From positions 1-42,293 of the forward strand of contig JBKHYE010000091.1 in assembly GCA_046565705.1 (NCBI GenBank): a DNA stretch of 42,293 bases, given 5' to 3'. The DNA is from Actinomycetes bacterium (GTDB lineage Bacteria; Actinomycetota; Actinomycetes; Mycobacteriales; SCTD01). Shown piece by piece: positions 1 to 8,216 of the stretch (within the stretch, counting starts at the first letter, position 1; the number at the start of each line of letters is the position of its first letter). Under the pieces are notes generated by a model. It searched no databases, was not told where the DNA came from, and saw only the letters and a list, made by a program, of their open reading frames with translations. Position numbers and translations under genes: made by a program.

Positions 1-818
1 TCGACGCCGTCCTGCCCGGCGACGACGTGCCGGCCTGGGTCGCCTCCGTGCTGCGTGCGCTGACGCCCGAGCCGCAGCCGGTGGGCGTCGTCGTCACCGG
101 CCCGCCCGAGGAGATCAGCGGCTGGGCGCAGGTGCAGCGCTCGCGTGCACGCCGTTCGGGCGGACGAGAGCTGCTGCGGTCGTTGCTGTCCGACCCGGTC
201 GAGCTGCGCGCGCCGGCGGGTGACACGTCGGTCGCCGCCCTGCTCGGTCGCGCCGCGGGGCGCCCGGTCGTCGGCGTCGCCGTCGCCGCCGACGTCGGCG
301 GCCGCCCGACTCCGGCCGGCTACCGGCTGGCGGCCCGGGCGTACCGGCTCGCCGGGCGGCTCGGGCTGCCGGTGCTCTCGCTGGTCGACACCCCCGGCGC
401 CGACCCGGGCGCCGAGGCAGAGGCGGCCGGCGTCGCGCCGGCGATGGGAGAGGCGCTCGACGCGCTGCTCACCTGCCCCACGCCCACGCTCGCGCTCGTC
501 CACGGTGAGGGCGGCTCCGGGGGCGCGCTCGCCGCCGCGGCAGCCGACGTCGTGGTGCTGACGCCCGACGCGTACTTCGCGGCCATCGGGCCCGAGGGCG
601 CGGCCGCGGCGCTGCGCCGACCGGCCGAGGAGTGCGCCGACCTCATGGGCGTCACACCCCGGCACCTGCTCGCGCTGGGCGCCGCCGACGCCCTCGTGCC
701 GCAGCCGAGCGACGTCGTGCCGCACCTCGTCGCGCTCCTCGACCAGCCGGACGACGCGCGCACGGCCCGCCGCCGCGCGCGCTGGTCCGCGCCGCTGCCG
801 GGGGTGGCCCGCAGCTGA
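1..818 (+). CDS. Acetyl-CoA carboxylase carboxyltransferase, AccA-type domain (5' end cut by the window edge; possibly the C-terminal half of a fused AccD/AccA protein)
   Basis: The frame is open from the window edge. Motifs LPVLSLVDTPGADPG and HGEGGSGGALAAA match the carboxyltransferase alpha signatures (IDTPGA, GEGGSGGA). GC3 is high. Confidence 0.75.
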   Translation, partial: DAVLPGDDVPAWVASVLRALTPEPQPVGVVVTGPPEEISGWAQVQRSRARRSGGRELLRSLLSDPVELRAPAGDTSVAALLGRAAGRPVVGVAVAADVGGRPTPAGYRLAARAYRLAGRLGLPVLSLVDTPGADPGAEAEAAGVAPAMGEALDALLTCPTPTLALVHGEGGSGGALAAAAADVVVLTPDAYFAAIGPEGAAAALRRPAEECADLMGVTPRHLLALGAADALVPQPSDVVPHLVALLDQPDDARTARRRARWSAPLPGVARS

Positions 819-947
819 GCCGCGCGGGACGCCCTGCGACACAGCGGTTCCGTGACCGCTTCGTCATGTGAGACCTGTCACGAGAAGGGCAGGGCTCGGC
901 TACGGTCGGCCGACGAACGGCCTTCCCCCCGACGGCCAGGAGGTCCC

Positions 948-1940
948 GTGCGCGACCCGCGCCCAGCGCTCGCCCACGCCGGACGGCGCACGAGCGCGAC
1001 GGTGACCCGCGGCGTGCGGACCGTGTGCAGCCCCAGCGGTCTGCGCGGCGCGGGACGTGAGGTCGCGTGGGTGGCCGCCCACACGGCTCTCTACCCGCTC
1101 GGCGTCTTCAGCGAGCGGGCGCGCGGCGTCACCCGCGAGTCGGCCGAGCGGTTCACGCTCGACGACCTGCCGCCCGTCCAGCGGGGCCTGCTGCTCGGCG
1201 ACGTCGTCGCCGCCGGGACGCCGATCCTGCTGGTGCACGGGCTCATCGACAACCGCTCGATCTTCACCCTGCTGCGGCGGGCGTTGCAGCGGCGGGGCTT
1301 CGGGCGGGTCCTGTCGCTGAACTACTCGCCGTTCACCCAGGACGTCCGTGCTGCCGCCGCGCGCCTCGGCCGGCTGGTGGAGGAGACCTGCGAGCAGACC
1401 GGCTACGAGCGCGTGCACGTCGTCGGGCACTCGCTCGGCGGCGTCGTCGCCCGCTACTACGTGCAGCGGATGGGCGGCGACGCGCGGGTCCACACCCTCG
1501 TGACGCTCGGCAGCCCGCACAGCGGGACGCACGCCGCCTACCTGCTGCCGCAGCGGCTGGTCCGCCAGCTGCGGCCGGGGCCGGACCTCATGCAGGAGCT
1601 CGCCGCACCCGTCGACGTCTGCCGTACGCGCTTCGTCGCGTTCTGGAGCGACCTCGACCAGCTCATCGTGCCGAAGCGGTCGGCGCGGATCGACCACCCG
1701 GGGCTGTCCGCGCGCAACGTGCTGCAGCGCGGCGTCGGGCACATGTCGTTGCCGATCTCCGGCCGCGTGGTGCACGAGATCGCCATGCTGCTCGCGCACC
1801 TCGACGAGCACGGCAGCACGCTGCAGGCCGGCGTCACGCCGCTCGGCTCCCCCGCCGCGGCATCGCGCGCCGACGCCGGCGATACTGCGGAGGCGACCGG
1901 CCGGCCGCGGCGACGCCGCGGCGACGCGTCCACAGGCTGA
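948..1940 (+). CDS. Alpha/beta hydrolase, lipase/esterase type (GHSLGG nucleophile elbow)
   Basis: ILLVHGLIDN...VHVVGHSLGGVVARYY...LGSPHSGT is a typical lipase class 2/PGAP1-like fold. I place the start at GTG 948 because AGGAGG (938-943) lies 4 nt upstream. The ORF-track start at 852 adds an Arg/Pro-rich extension. Confidence 0.8.
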   Translation: MRDPRPALAHAGRRTSATVTRGVRTVCSPSGLRGAGREVAWVAAHTALYPLGVFSERARGVTRESAERFTLDDLPPVQRGLLLGDVVAAGTPILLVHGLIDNRSIFTLLRRALQRRGFGRVLSLNYSPFTQDVRAAAARLGRLVEETCEQTGYERVHVVGHSLGGVVARYYVQRMGGDARVHTLVTLGSPHSGTHAAYLLPQRLVRQLRPGPDLMQELAAPVDVCRTRFVAFWSDLDQLIVPKRSARIDHPGLSARNVLQRGVGHMSLPISGRVVHEIAMLLAHLDEHGSTLQAGVTPLGSPAAASRADAGDTAEATGRPRRRRGDASTG

Positions 1941-1988
1941 CGCGGTCGGTGTGACCTTCCGCACGCCGATCCGGCCGTCACCGTTTCG

Positions 1989-2297
1989 TCATACGCCCGG
2001 GTGAACCACTACAGTGCTTGCAGCAGTTGCCGCCGGCACGCGCCGCAGATGTGGACGAACGACCCCCATTGCGGAGCCGTCAGAGGCAGCCGTATAACGT
2101 ACTGGTAACAGCCCGCCGCTCGGACTGCCTCGACGGAGTCCAGGAGACGGGCTGAGCGCCGAGGCCGCACCGCACGCCGGTCGGCTCGCCAAGGTCCCGA
2201 GAGGGGCCTGGACGGTGCTGCCTGCGCACGAGCGCACCGCGTCCCGAACCCGGGAGCGCGGTGCTTGACCCTGCACCCGGATACGACGGAGAGACGC
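1989..2297 (+). promoter_or_regulatory. Long structured 5' leader of the M23 peptidase gene (candidate riboswitch/attenuator; c-di-AMP ydaO class is only a hypothesis)
   Basis: About 300 nt are non-coding. Hairpin 2073-2141 has a stem of more than 15 bp (CCGUC/GACGG, GAGGCAG/CUGCCUC, CCG/CGG) capped by the only AT-rich loop, UAUAACGUACUGGUAACA. Hairpin 2234-2264 has a 13-bp GC stem (GCACCGCG-UCCCG-AACC-CGGGA-G-CGCGGUGC) containing CCCGAACCCG, just upstream of the RBS. Confidence 0.35.
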
Positions 2298-3068
2298 TTG
2301 CCTCCCCTGTACGCCCGGCCCCGCCACGCCGCGCCCCGCGACACCACCAGGCTCCGCGCCGCGCTCGTTCCGGCCGTCCTCATCGCCTCGACGGGCAGCG
2401 CCCTCGGCGGCCTGGCCGTCAGCGCCTCCGCCGACACCGCACCGGTCCGGGTGACGCCCACCGCGGCCACCGAGCCGACGGCGGACCTGGTGACGGCCCG
2501 CGAGGAGCGGGCCCGCCTCGTCGCCGACGCCCAGGCCCGTGCCGCGCGCACGCGCCTGGAGGAGGCCCGCAAGGCGGAGGAGGCCCGCCAGGCCGAGCTC
2601 GCCCGGCTCGAGGCCGAGCGCCAGGAGGCCGCCCGCCAGGCGGAGGAGGCCCGCAAGGCGGAGGAGGCCCGCAAGGCCGCCGAGAACGCCTACGCCCGAC
2701 CGGGAATCGGCCGTCTCACCTCTGGCTTCGGCCACCGTTGGGGTCGCCTGCACGCCGGCATCGACCTCGCGTCCGGCATCGGCAGCCCGATCAGCGCCGC
2801 CGCCTCCGGCGTCGTCGAGTCGGCCGGCTGGGAGGGCGGCTACGGCAAGGCCATCCGCATCCGGCACGGGGACGGCACACAGACGCTCTACGCGCACCTG
2901 TCCTCGATCAGCGTCGGCGCCGGCCAGCGCGTCGTCGCCGGCGAGCGCATCGCCCGCGAGGGCAACACGGGGAACAGCACCGGCCCGCACCTGCACTTCG
3001 AGGTCCGCGTCGGCGGTGCCCCGGTCAACCCGCTGCGCTGGCTGCGCAACCACGGCGTCGCGATCTAG
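2298..3068 (+). CDS. Secreted M23 (LytM-type) metallopeptidase with an N-terminal coiled coil
   Basis: HAGIDLASGIGSPISAAASGVV...YAHLSS...GNTGNSTGPHLHFEV is the M23 HxxxD/HxH signature. A signal-like segment LVPAVLIASTGSALGGLAVSASA is present. TTG 2298 is preceded by GGAGAG (2288-2293). The in-frame TTG 2265 is the maximal ORF start. Confidence 0.85.
   Translation: MPPLYARPRHAAPRDTTRLRAALVPAVLIASTGSALGGLAVSASADTAPVRVTPTAATEPTADLVTAREERARLVADAQARAARTRLEEARKAEEARQAELARLEAERQEAARQAEEARKAEEARKAAENAYARPGIGRLTSGFGHRWGRLHAGIDLASGIGSPISAAASGVVESAGWEGGYGKAIRIRHGDGTQTLYAHLSSISVGAGQRVVAGERIAREGNTGNSTGPHLHFEVRVGGAPVNPLRWLRNHGVAI
2557..2678 (+). repeat. In-frame 18-bp coding repeats (GCGGAGGAGGCCCGCAAG-like) encoding the EEARKAEEAR coiled coil of the M23 peptidase
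   Basis: Direct reading shows ggaggaggcccgcaaggcggaggaggcccgcca at 2559-2590 and gcggaggaggcccgcaaggcggaggaggcccgcaagg at 2640-2676. The encoded protein stretch is EEARKAEEARQAELARLEAERQEAARQAEEARKAEEARKAAE. Confidence 0.6.
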
Positions 3069-3085
3069 CCGCGCCCCGCTCGTCC

Positions 3086-3122
3086 GACGATCCCCGTGCC
3101 GCCCGGCGGCCCGGGGATCGTC
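3086..3122. terminator. Bidirectional hairpin between the convergent M23 peptidase and pcrA genes
   Basis: A perfect 11-bp inverted repeat, gacgatccccg (3086-3096) and cggggatcgtc (3112-3122), encloses a GC loop that is itself self-complementary (gccgc ccg gcggc). Confidence 0.5.
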
Positions 3123-3128
3123 GCGTTC

Positions 3129-5495
3129 TCAGAGCTTCTCGAGGGGCGCGTAGCGCAGCAGCAGCCACTTGACGCCGGCGTCGCCGCCGAAGTCGACCTC
3201 CGCCTGCAGGCCGTCACCGGCGCCACGGGTGGACGTGACCGTGCCCATGCCGAACGCGTCGTGCAGCACGCGGTCGCCGATGGTGAGGTCGGGCACCGCG
3301 CGCAGGCCGGGGCCGGCGCTGCGGCCGCGCGGTGTGCCCATGAGCCGGTCGGCCGCCCTCGACAGCGACGGCGGCGGCGCGGCGATCGACGACTCGCCCC
3401 GGCGCCAGTCGACGAGCTCGGCCGGCACCTCCTCGAGGAAGCGCGACGGCGGGTTGTACGACGTCTGGCCCCAGGCGCTGCGCAGGTGCGCGCGCGACAG
3501 GTACAGCCGCTCGCGGGCGCGGGTGATGCCGACGTAGGCGAGCCGCCGCTCCTCCTGCAGCTCGTCCTCGTCGCCGAGGGTGCGCAGGTGCGGGAAGACG
3601 CCGTCCTCGAGACCGGTCAGGAACACCACCGGGTACTCCAGCCCCTTCGCCGCGTGCAGCGTCATGAGCGTGACGACGCCGTCGCCCTCGCCGGGGACGG
3701 TGTCGGCGTCGGCCACGAGCGAGACCTGCTCGAGGAACTCCGCGAGGCCGCCCCCCGGGTTGCGCTCCTCGAACTCGCGGGCGACGCCGACGAGCTCCGA
3801 CAGGTTCTCGACCCGACTCTCGTCCTGCGGGTCGGGGCTGGCGGCCAGCTCGGCCAGGTAGCCGGTGCGGTCGAGCACCGCCTCGAGCACCTCGGCGGGC
3901 GGCATCTGCCCCTCGACCAGCGCACGTAGCTCGTCCATCAGGTCGGCGAAGTCCCGGACGGCGTTCGCCGACCGGGTCGCCATGCCCGGCACCTCGTCGC
4001 AGCGGCGCACGGCGTCGCCGAACCCGATCCGCTCTCGCGCGGCGAACGCCTCGATGCAGGCCTCGGCGCGGTCACCGATGCCTCGGCGCGGGGTGTTGAT
4101 GATCCGGCGCAGGTTGACGACGTCGGCCGGGTTGGCCAGCACCCGCAGGTAGGCCAGGGCGTCCTTGACCTCCTTGCGCTCGTAGAAGCGCACGCCGCCC
4201 ACTACCCGATACGGCAGGCCGACCCGGATGAAGACCTCCTCGAACACGCGGGACTGCGCGTTCGTGCGGTAGAAGACCGCGACATCCGAGGGCTTGACCA
4301 CCTGCTCGTCGGTGAGCCGGTCGACCTCCTCGGCAACGAAGGCGGCCTCGTCGTGCTCGTTGTCGGCGACGTAGCCGACGATCTTCTCGCCATCGCCTGC
4401 GTCGGTCCACAGCCGCTTGGGCTTGCGGCCGGCGTTGCGGGAGATGACGGCGTTGGCGGCGGACAGCACGTTCTGCGTCGAGCGGTAGTTCTGCTCGAGC
4501 AGGACCACCGCCGCGTCGGGGTAGTCGACCTCGAAGTCCTCGATGTTCCGGATGTCGGCGCCGCGGAAGGCGTAGATCGACTGGTCGGCGTCGCCGACGA
4601 CGCACAGCTCGGCCGGCGGCAGAACGGCGTCGCCCTCGCCGACCGGATGCACGAGCTCGCGCACCAGCACGTACTGCGCGTGGTTGGTGTCCTGGTACTC
4701 GTCGACGAGGACGTGCCGGAACCGCCTGCGGTAGTGCTCGGCGACATCCGGAAAGGCCTGCAGCAGAGCGACTGTCGACATGATGAGGTCGTCGAAGTCG
4801 AGCGCGTTCGCCTGCAGCAGCCGGCGCTGGTACTCGCCGTAGACCTGGGCCACCGTCCGCTCGAGCTCGGTCTCGGCCTTGTCGCGGGCGGTCTCCCAGT
4901 CGACCAGCTCGTTCTTGAGGTCGCTGACCCTGTTGCTCATCGCCCGCGCGGGGAAGCGCTTGGCGTCGAGGTCGAGGTCGCGGCACACCAGCGTCATGAG
5001 GCGCTGGGCGTCGGCCGCGTCGTAGATGGAGAACGACGACGTGAAGCCGAGCCGCTTGGCCTCGTTGCGCAGGATCCGCACGCAGGCCGAGTGGAACGTG
5101 CTGACCCACATGCCGCTCCAGCTGCGGGTGCGCGCCCGGTTGCCGACCAGAGCGGCGACCCGCTCCTTCATCTCGCCGGCGGCCTTGTTCGTGAAGGTGA
5201 TCGCGAGGATCGCGCCCGGCGGCACGCCGCGGGCCGCGATCAGGTAGGCGATCCGGCTGGTGAGCGCCTTGGTCTTGCCCGACCCCGCCCCCGCCACGAT
5301 GAGCAGCGGCGACCCCTCGTGCGTGACCGCCTGCCGCTGCTGCGGGTTGAGGTCGGCCAGCAGCCGCTCGACGTCGACCTTCTCGGAGCGCTTCGGCTCG
5401 TCCATGAGCACGGCCGGCCCGTAGTCGTCGTAGGGCAAGGTGCTCACCCGTTCGAGTCTAGGTTCGCCGACCGACGCCGTGGCGCGCTCGGACAC
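3129..5495 (-). CDS. pcrA: ATP-dependent DNA helicase PcrA/UvrD (superfamily 1A)
   Basis: LNPQQRQAVTHEGSPLLIVAGAGSGKTKALTSRIAYLI (Walker A), VDEYQDTN, YRSTQNVL, TLHAAKGLEYPVVF and VGITRARERLY are the full set of UvrD/PcrA helicase motifs. The start is GTG, immediately after an AAGGGG/GGAGGG run. Confidence 0.95.
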   Translation of the reverse strand: MSERATASVGEPRLERVSTLPYDDYGPAVLMDEPKRSEKVDVERLLADLNPQQRQAVTHEGSPLLIVAGAGSGKTKALTSRIAYLIAARGVPPGAILAITFTNKAAGEMKERVAALVGNRARTRSWSGMWVSTFHSACVRILRNEAKRLGFTSSFSIYDAADAQRLMTLVCRDLDLDAKRFPARAMSNRVSDLKNELVDWETARDKAETELERTVAQVYGEYQRRLLQANALDFDDLIMSTVALLQAFPDVAEHYRRRFRHVLVDEYQDTNHAQYVLVRELVHPVGEGDAVLPPAELCVVGDADQSIYAFRGADIRNIEDFEVDYPDAAVVLLEQNYRSTQNVLSAANAVISRNAGRKPKRLWTDAGDGEKIVGYVADNEHDEAAFVAEEVDRLTDEQVVKPSDVAVFYRTNAQSRVFEEVFIRVGLPYRVVGGVRFYERKEVKDALAYLRVLANPADVVNLRRIINTPRRGIGDRAEACIEAFAARERIGFGDAVRRCDEVPGMATRSANAVRDFADLMDELRALVEGQMPPAEVLEAVLDRTGYLAELAASPDPQDESRVENLSELVGVAREFEERNPGGGLAEFLEQVSLVADADTVPGEGDGVVTLMTLHAAKGLEYPVVFLTGLEDGVFPHLRTLGDEDELQEERRLAYVGITRARERLYLSRAHLRSAWGQTSYNPPSRFLEEVPAELVDWRRGESSIAAPPPSLSRAADRLMGTPRGRSAGPGLRAVPDLTIGDRVLHDAFGMGTVTSTRGAGDGLQAEVDFGGDAGVKWLLLRYAPLEKL

Positions 5496-5549
5496 ACCCC
5501 TTCGGCCCTCCCCCCTCCCCCCAGCGCCCGCCCAGCGCCCCCCTCACCC

Positions 5550-5615
5550 GTGATCAACAGGAGGGCCACGCCGAGCGGAGCCTCCCGCCGTCGGCGTGGC
5601 GCTCCTGTTGATCAC
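5550..5615. repeat. 66-bp near-perfect palindrome in the pcrA upstream region
   Basis: Outer arms gtgatcaacaggag (5550-5563) and ctcctgttgatcac (5602-5615) are perfect complements. Inner arms gccacgccga (5565-5574) and tcggcgtggc (5591-5600) are also perfect complements. Flanking ccccttcgg (5497-5505) and ccgaagggg (5618-5626) extend the symmetry. Confidence 0.85.
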
Positions 5616-5622
5616 CCCCGAA

Positions 5623-5656
5623 GGGGTGCGGGTGCGGGGTGCGGGGTGCGGGGTGC
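5623..5656 (+). repeat. Tandem heptamer (GGGGTGC)x5 with G-quadruplex-forming potential
   Basis: The sequence reads ggggtgc gggtgc ggggtgc ggggtgc ggggtgc. The mirror side (5497-5550) is C-rich on the + strand, so the pcrA sense strand carries G6/G6/G3 runs. Confidence 0.85.
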
Positions 5657-5672
5657 CGGCGCGCGGACCAGA

Positions 5673-5867
5673 TCAGCGGCGGACGAGGCGCGCGAGGCCC
5701 AGGGCGCCGACGAGCGCCACGGCGAAGAAGACGACGGCGAGCAGGTGGTCGCCGCGCTGGACGCCGACGACGCCGGCGACCGCGCCGAGCACCAGGGCGA
5801 CCAGCGCCTGGGCGCTGCCCGGTGGGAAGCCCCTGGTCGGCGGACCGCCGCGGACGCCTGGCCTCAC
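5673..5867 (-). CDS. Hypothetical small two-TM membrane protein (64 aa at most; the start is uncertain)
   Basis: Two hydrophobic segments are visible (AQALVALVLGAVAGVVGV and LLAVVFFAVALVGALGLA), followed by a basic C-terminus. GC3 is uniformly G/C. There is no recognisable family. Confidence 0.35.
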   Translation of the reverse strand: MRPGVRGGPPTRGFPPGSAQALVALVLGAVAGVVGVQRGDHLLAVVFFAVALVGALGLARLVRR

Positions 5868-5956
5868 CGCCGGCGCTCGGGCGACGCCCGACGAGACACC
5901 GTCACCGGCGCATGATGTCCTACGGCCGACCTGCCCCTGCCCTGGGAGGAGCCGCC

Positions 5957-6673
5957 GTGTCCGACGAGCCCGTCCGCGCCCTCGTGATCGTCGCGCACCC
6001 GGACGACATGGACTTCGGCGCCGGCGGCACGCTGGCGGCCTGGGTGGACGAGGGCGTCGAGGTGTCGGCCTGCGTCGTCACCGACGGCGACGCCGGCGGC
6101 TTCGACCCCGCAGTGCCGCGCAGCGAGATCGGCGGCATCCGGCAGGCCGAGCAGCGCGCCGCCGCCAAGGAGATCGGCTTCGACGACGTCGTCTTCCTCG
6201 GCTACCCGGACGGTCGGCTGACTGTCAGCATCGAGCTGCGACGGGACCTGTCGCGGGTGATCCGTCAGCGCCGCCCGCACCGGGTGGTGACGCAGTCGCC
6301 GGAGCGGTCGTGGGAGCGCGTCTACGCCAGCCACCCCGACCACCTGGCGGCGGGCGAGGCGGCGATGTGCGCCGTCTACCCGGACGCCCGCAACCCCTTC
6401 GCGCACCTCGAGCTGGCCGCCGAGGGGCTCGAGGCGTGGACGGTCGAGCAGGTGTGGGTGATGGGCGGCGCCGGCGGAGTCGCCGACCACCACGTCGACA
6501 TCACCGACACGTTCGCTCGCAAGCTCGCCGCCCTGCGGGCGCACGAGAGCCAGACGGCGCACATGGACGACCTCGAGAAGCGGCTGCGCGACTGGGGGAC
6601 GCTGCTCGCCACCCGCGGCTCGCTGCCCGAGGGACGGCTGGCCGAGGCGTACCGGGTGCTCGACACGCGCTGA
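5957..6673 (+). CDS. PIG-L/LmbE family N-acetylglucosaminyl deacetylase
   Basis: ALVIVAHPDDMDFGAGGTLA...VVTDGDAGG...SHPDH is the LmbE/PIG-L zinc-deacetylase signature. GTG 5957 follows GGAGGAG (5946-5952). ATG 5912 is an alternative start. The 5639 start only adds an Arg-rich artefact. Confidence 0.85.
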   Translation: MSDEPVRALVIVAHPDDMDFGAGGTLAAWVDEGVEVSACVVTDGDAGGFDPAVPRSEIGGIRQAEQRAAAKEIGFDDVVFLGYPDGRLTVSIELRRDLSRVIRQRRPHRVVTQSPERSWERVYASHPDHLAAGEAAMCAVYPDARNPFAHLELAAEGLEAWTVEQVWVMGGAGGVADHHVDITDTFARKLAALRAHESQTAHMDDLEKRLRDWGTLLATRGSLPEGRLAEAYRVLDTR

Positions 6674-6684
6674 CCGCAGCCACT

Positions 6685-6707
6685 CCCCTCACCGTGTCGT
6701 GAGAGGG
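6685..6707. terminator. Possible hairpin between the convergent PIG-L and membrane-protein genes
   Basis: cccctcac (6685-6692) pairs with gtgagaggg (6699-6707) across the loop cgtgtc. The stem is imperfect. Confidence 0.3.
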
Positions 6708-6760
6708 CCGGCTCCTGAGGGCTCGTCGTCACGACAGCGTGAGGGAAGTGCGACGGACGG

Positions 6761-7093
6761 TCAGGTGCTGATGCGCTCGTGCCGCCCGGCCCGGCCGAGC
6801 CAGCGGGCACCGTGCGGGGCGTACGCGACGGCGACCGGCACCACCCAGCTGAGCAGCAGCGGCAGCGCGGCGGCCGGTGGCGCGGCGTCGGCCCGCCAGA
6901 GCACGAGCGACAGCCAGAGCGCGACGCCCGACGCCACCACGGCGGCGACGCCGACCCGGGCCGGCGAGGCGCGCCGCCGCTCGGCGAACCCGAGCGCGAT
7001 GAGGAACGGCGCGACGGTGACCCCCACCAGCGCGGCGCACGCGAGCGTCACGATCACCGCCACGGCGATCACGGCGAGCACCAGGTCGACCAC
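6761..7093 (-). CDS. Hypothetical membrane protein (about 3 TM segments)
   Basis: The hydrophobic composition (MVDLVLAVIAVAVIVTLACAALVGVTVAPFLIALGF...) is typical of an integral membrane protein. It shares orientation with the next gene. No family was recognised. Confidence 0.5.
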   Translation of the reverse strand: MVDLVLAVIAVAVIVTLACAALVGVTVAPFLIALGFAERRRASPARVGVAAVVASGVALWLSLVLWRADAAPPAAALPLLLSWVVPVAVAYAPHGARWLGRAGRHERIST

Positions 7094-7114
7094 CTCGGCG
7101 AGGCTACGGGCCGC

Positions 7115-8140
7115 TCAGGCGAGCGGCAGGTCGGTGCCGGTCACGGCGGCGGCGACGAGACCGGTGACCAGCAGGACGGCGAACAGGCGCGCATGGCCGG
7201 CGACCACCGAGCCCGCGTCAGCCCCGCGGCCGGAGGACCGGGCGGCGGCGGACGCCGTGCGCGCGGCCGGCAGGGCGAGCGCCACGGCGATGGCCGGCCA
7301 GGGCAGCGCGGCCGCCCAGACGGCGGCACCCGTGGCCAGGTAGGGAAGCAGGACGAGCAGTCGGGTGGTGCCGCCGGCGATCCGGGTGCGGCGGGCGGCC
7401 AGCAGACCGGCGAGCACGCCGCCGACGACGAGCCCGGCCAGTGCGCTGCCCGCCTCGAGCCGGCCGGTGCCGGCCCAGACGGCGGTCGTGACGGCGAGGG
7501 TGCCGGAGAGCAGACCGGCGACCGCGGCGAGCAGCACGCCGGTCCGGCGGGAGACGGCGAGCACGACGGCCACCGCGCCGAGCGGCAGCAGCAGCGCGCC
7601 GCGCACGTCGTGCAGCACCGACAGCACGCCGACGGCGACGACGGCCGACGCCGTCGCCGCCAGCAGGGCGCGACCCGCCTCGGATCGGCGGAGCGGGCCC
7701 GCCCGGCCCGGGCGCGCGTCGCCGAGGTCGCGGACGAGCCCGGCGACGGCGTGGCCGAGCACCAGGAGCAGCAGGCCGAGGACGAGCAGGCCCGGCCGCG
7801 CGGCGGCATCGCGCGCGACGAGCAGTCCGCCGACGACCCCGCCGAGGAGCGTCGCGGGCAGCGCGCCGGGGCGCAGCGCGCGCAGCCACGCGCGGACCGG
7901 CGACGCGACCGGCGGGCGCGGCGGAAGGGCGATGGAGCGGGCCCGCACCGCGGTGCTGCCCAGCGCCGCTGTCGGCAGGGCCATCGTGGACTCGGGGTCG
8001 GCAGGCACGGCGCCGTCCGGGACCGCCACCACCGGCTGGCGCAGCGCGACCGTCGGGGCGTCGTCGTGCCCGCCGCCGTCGTCGCCATCGAGGAGGTCGA
8101 GGTCGAGGTCGAGCGCCTCCTGCCCCCGCGCCACGCTCAT
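7115..8140 (-). CDS. Hypothetical polytopic membrane protein with an acidic N-terminus
   Basis: There are more than 7 Ala/Leu/Val/Gly-rich predicted TM segments after an LDLDLDLLDGDDGGGHDD head. No catalytic motif (for example UbiA NxxxD) could be confirmed. Confidence 0.55.
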   Translation of the reverse strand: MSVARGQEALDLDLDLLDGDDGGGHDDAPTVALRQPVVAVPDGAVPADPESTMALPTAALGSTAVRARSIALPPRPPVASPVRAWLRALRPGALPATLLGGVVGGLLVARDAAARPGLLVLGLLLLVLGHAVAGLVRDLGDARPGRAGPLRRSEAGRALLAATASAVVAVGVLSVLHDVRGALLLPLGAVAVVLAVSRRTGVLLAAVAGLLSGTLAVTTAVWAGTGRLEAGSALAGLVVGGVLAGLLAARRTRIAGGTTRLLVLLPYLATGAAVWAAALPWPAIAVALALPAARTASAAARSSGRGADAGSVVAGHARLFAVLLVTGLVAAAVTGTDLPLA

Positions 8141-8216
8141 GGCGCCGGAACCTACGCGGGAGGGCGCGCGGAGTGCGGGAGGCGCACGGGAGGGGCGAGC
8201 GCCCTACCGTCGCGGC

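Noticed and set aside
5441-5480. A possible LexA/SOS box near the pcrA start (cgttcgagtctaggttcg).
   Set aside because: On the pcrA strand it reads GAAC-N8-GAAC, a direct repeat rather than the GAAC-N4-GTTC palindrome. It lies inside the predicted coding sequence. I also found no TGTCGGTG-N8-TAnnnT (RecA-independent DNA-damage promoter) motif in 5496-5672.
5639-5956. A 100-aa N-terminal extension of the PIG-L deacetylase. The analogous 852-947 extension of the lipase was considered in the same way.
   Set aside because: The extensions are poly-Arg/Pro/Gly shadow sequence. Strong Shine-Dalgarno sites (GGAGGAG before GTG 5957; AGGAGG before GTG 948) mark the internal starts.
8159-8195. G-tract run (GGGAGGG...GGG...GGGAGGGG) in the spacer before the acVLRF1 gene, considered as a G-quadruplex motif.
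   Set aside because: The loops reach 8-11 nt, and such runs are frequent in this GC range. Unlike the pcrA leader, there is no accompanying repeat or palindrome structure to single it out.
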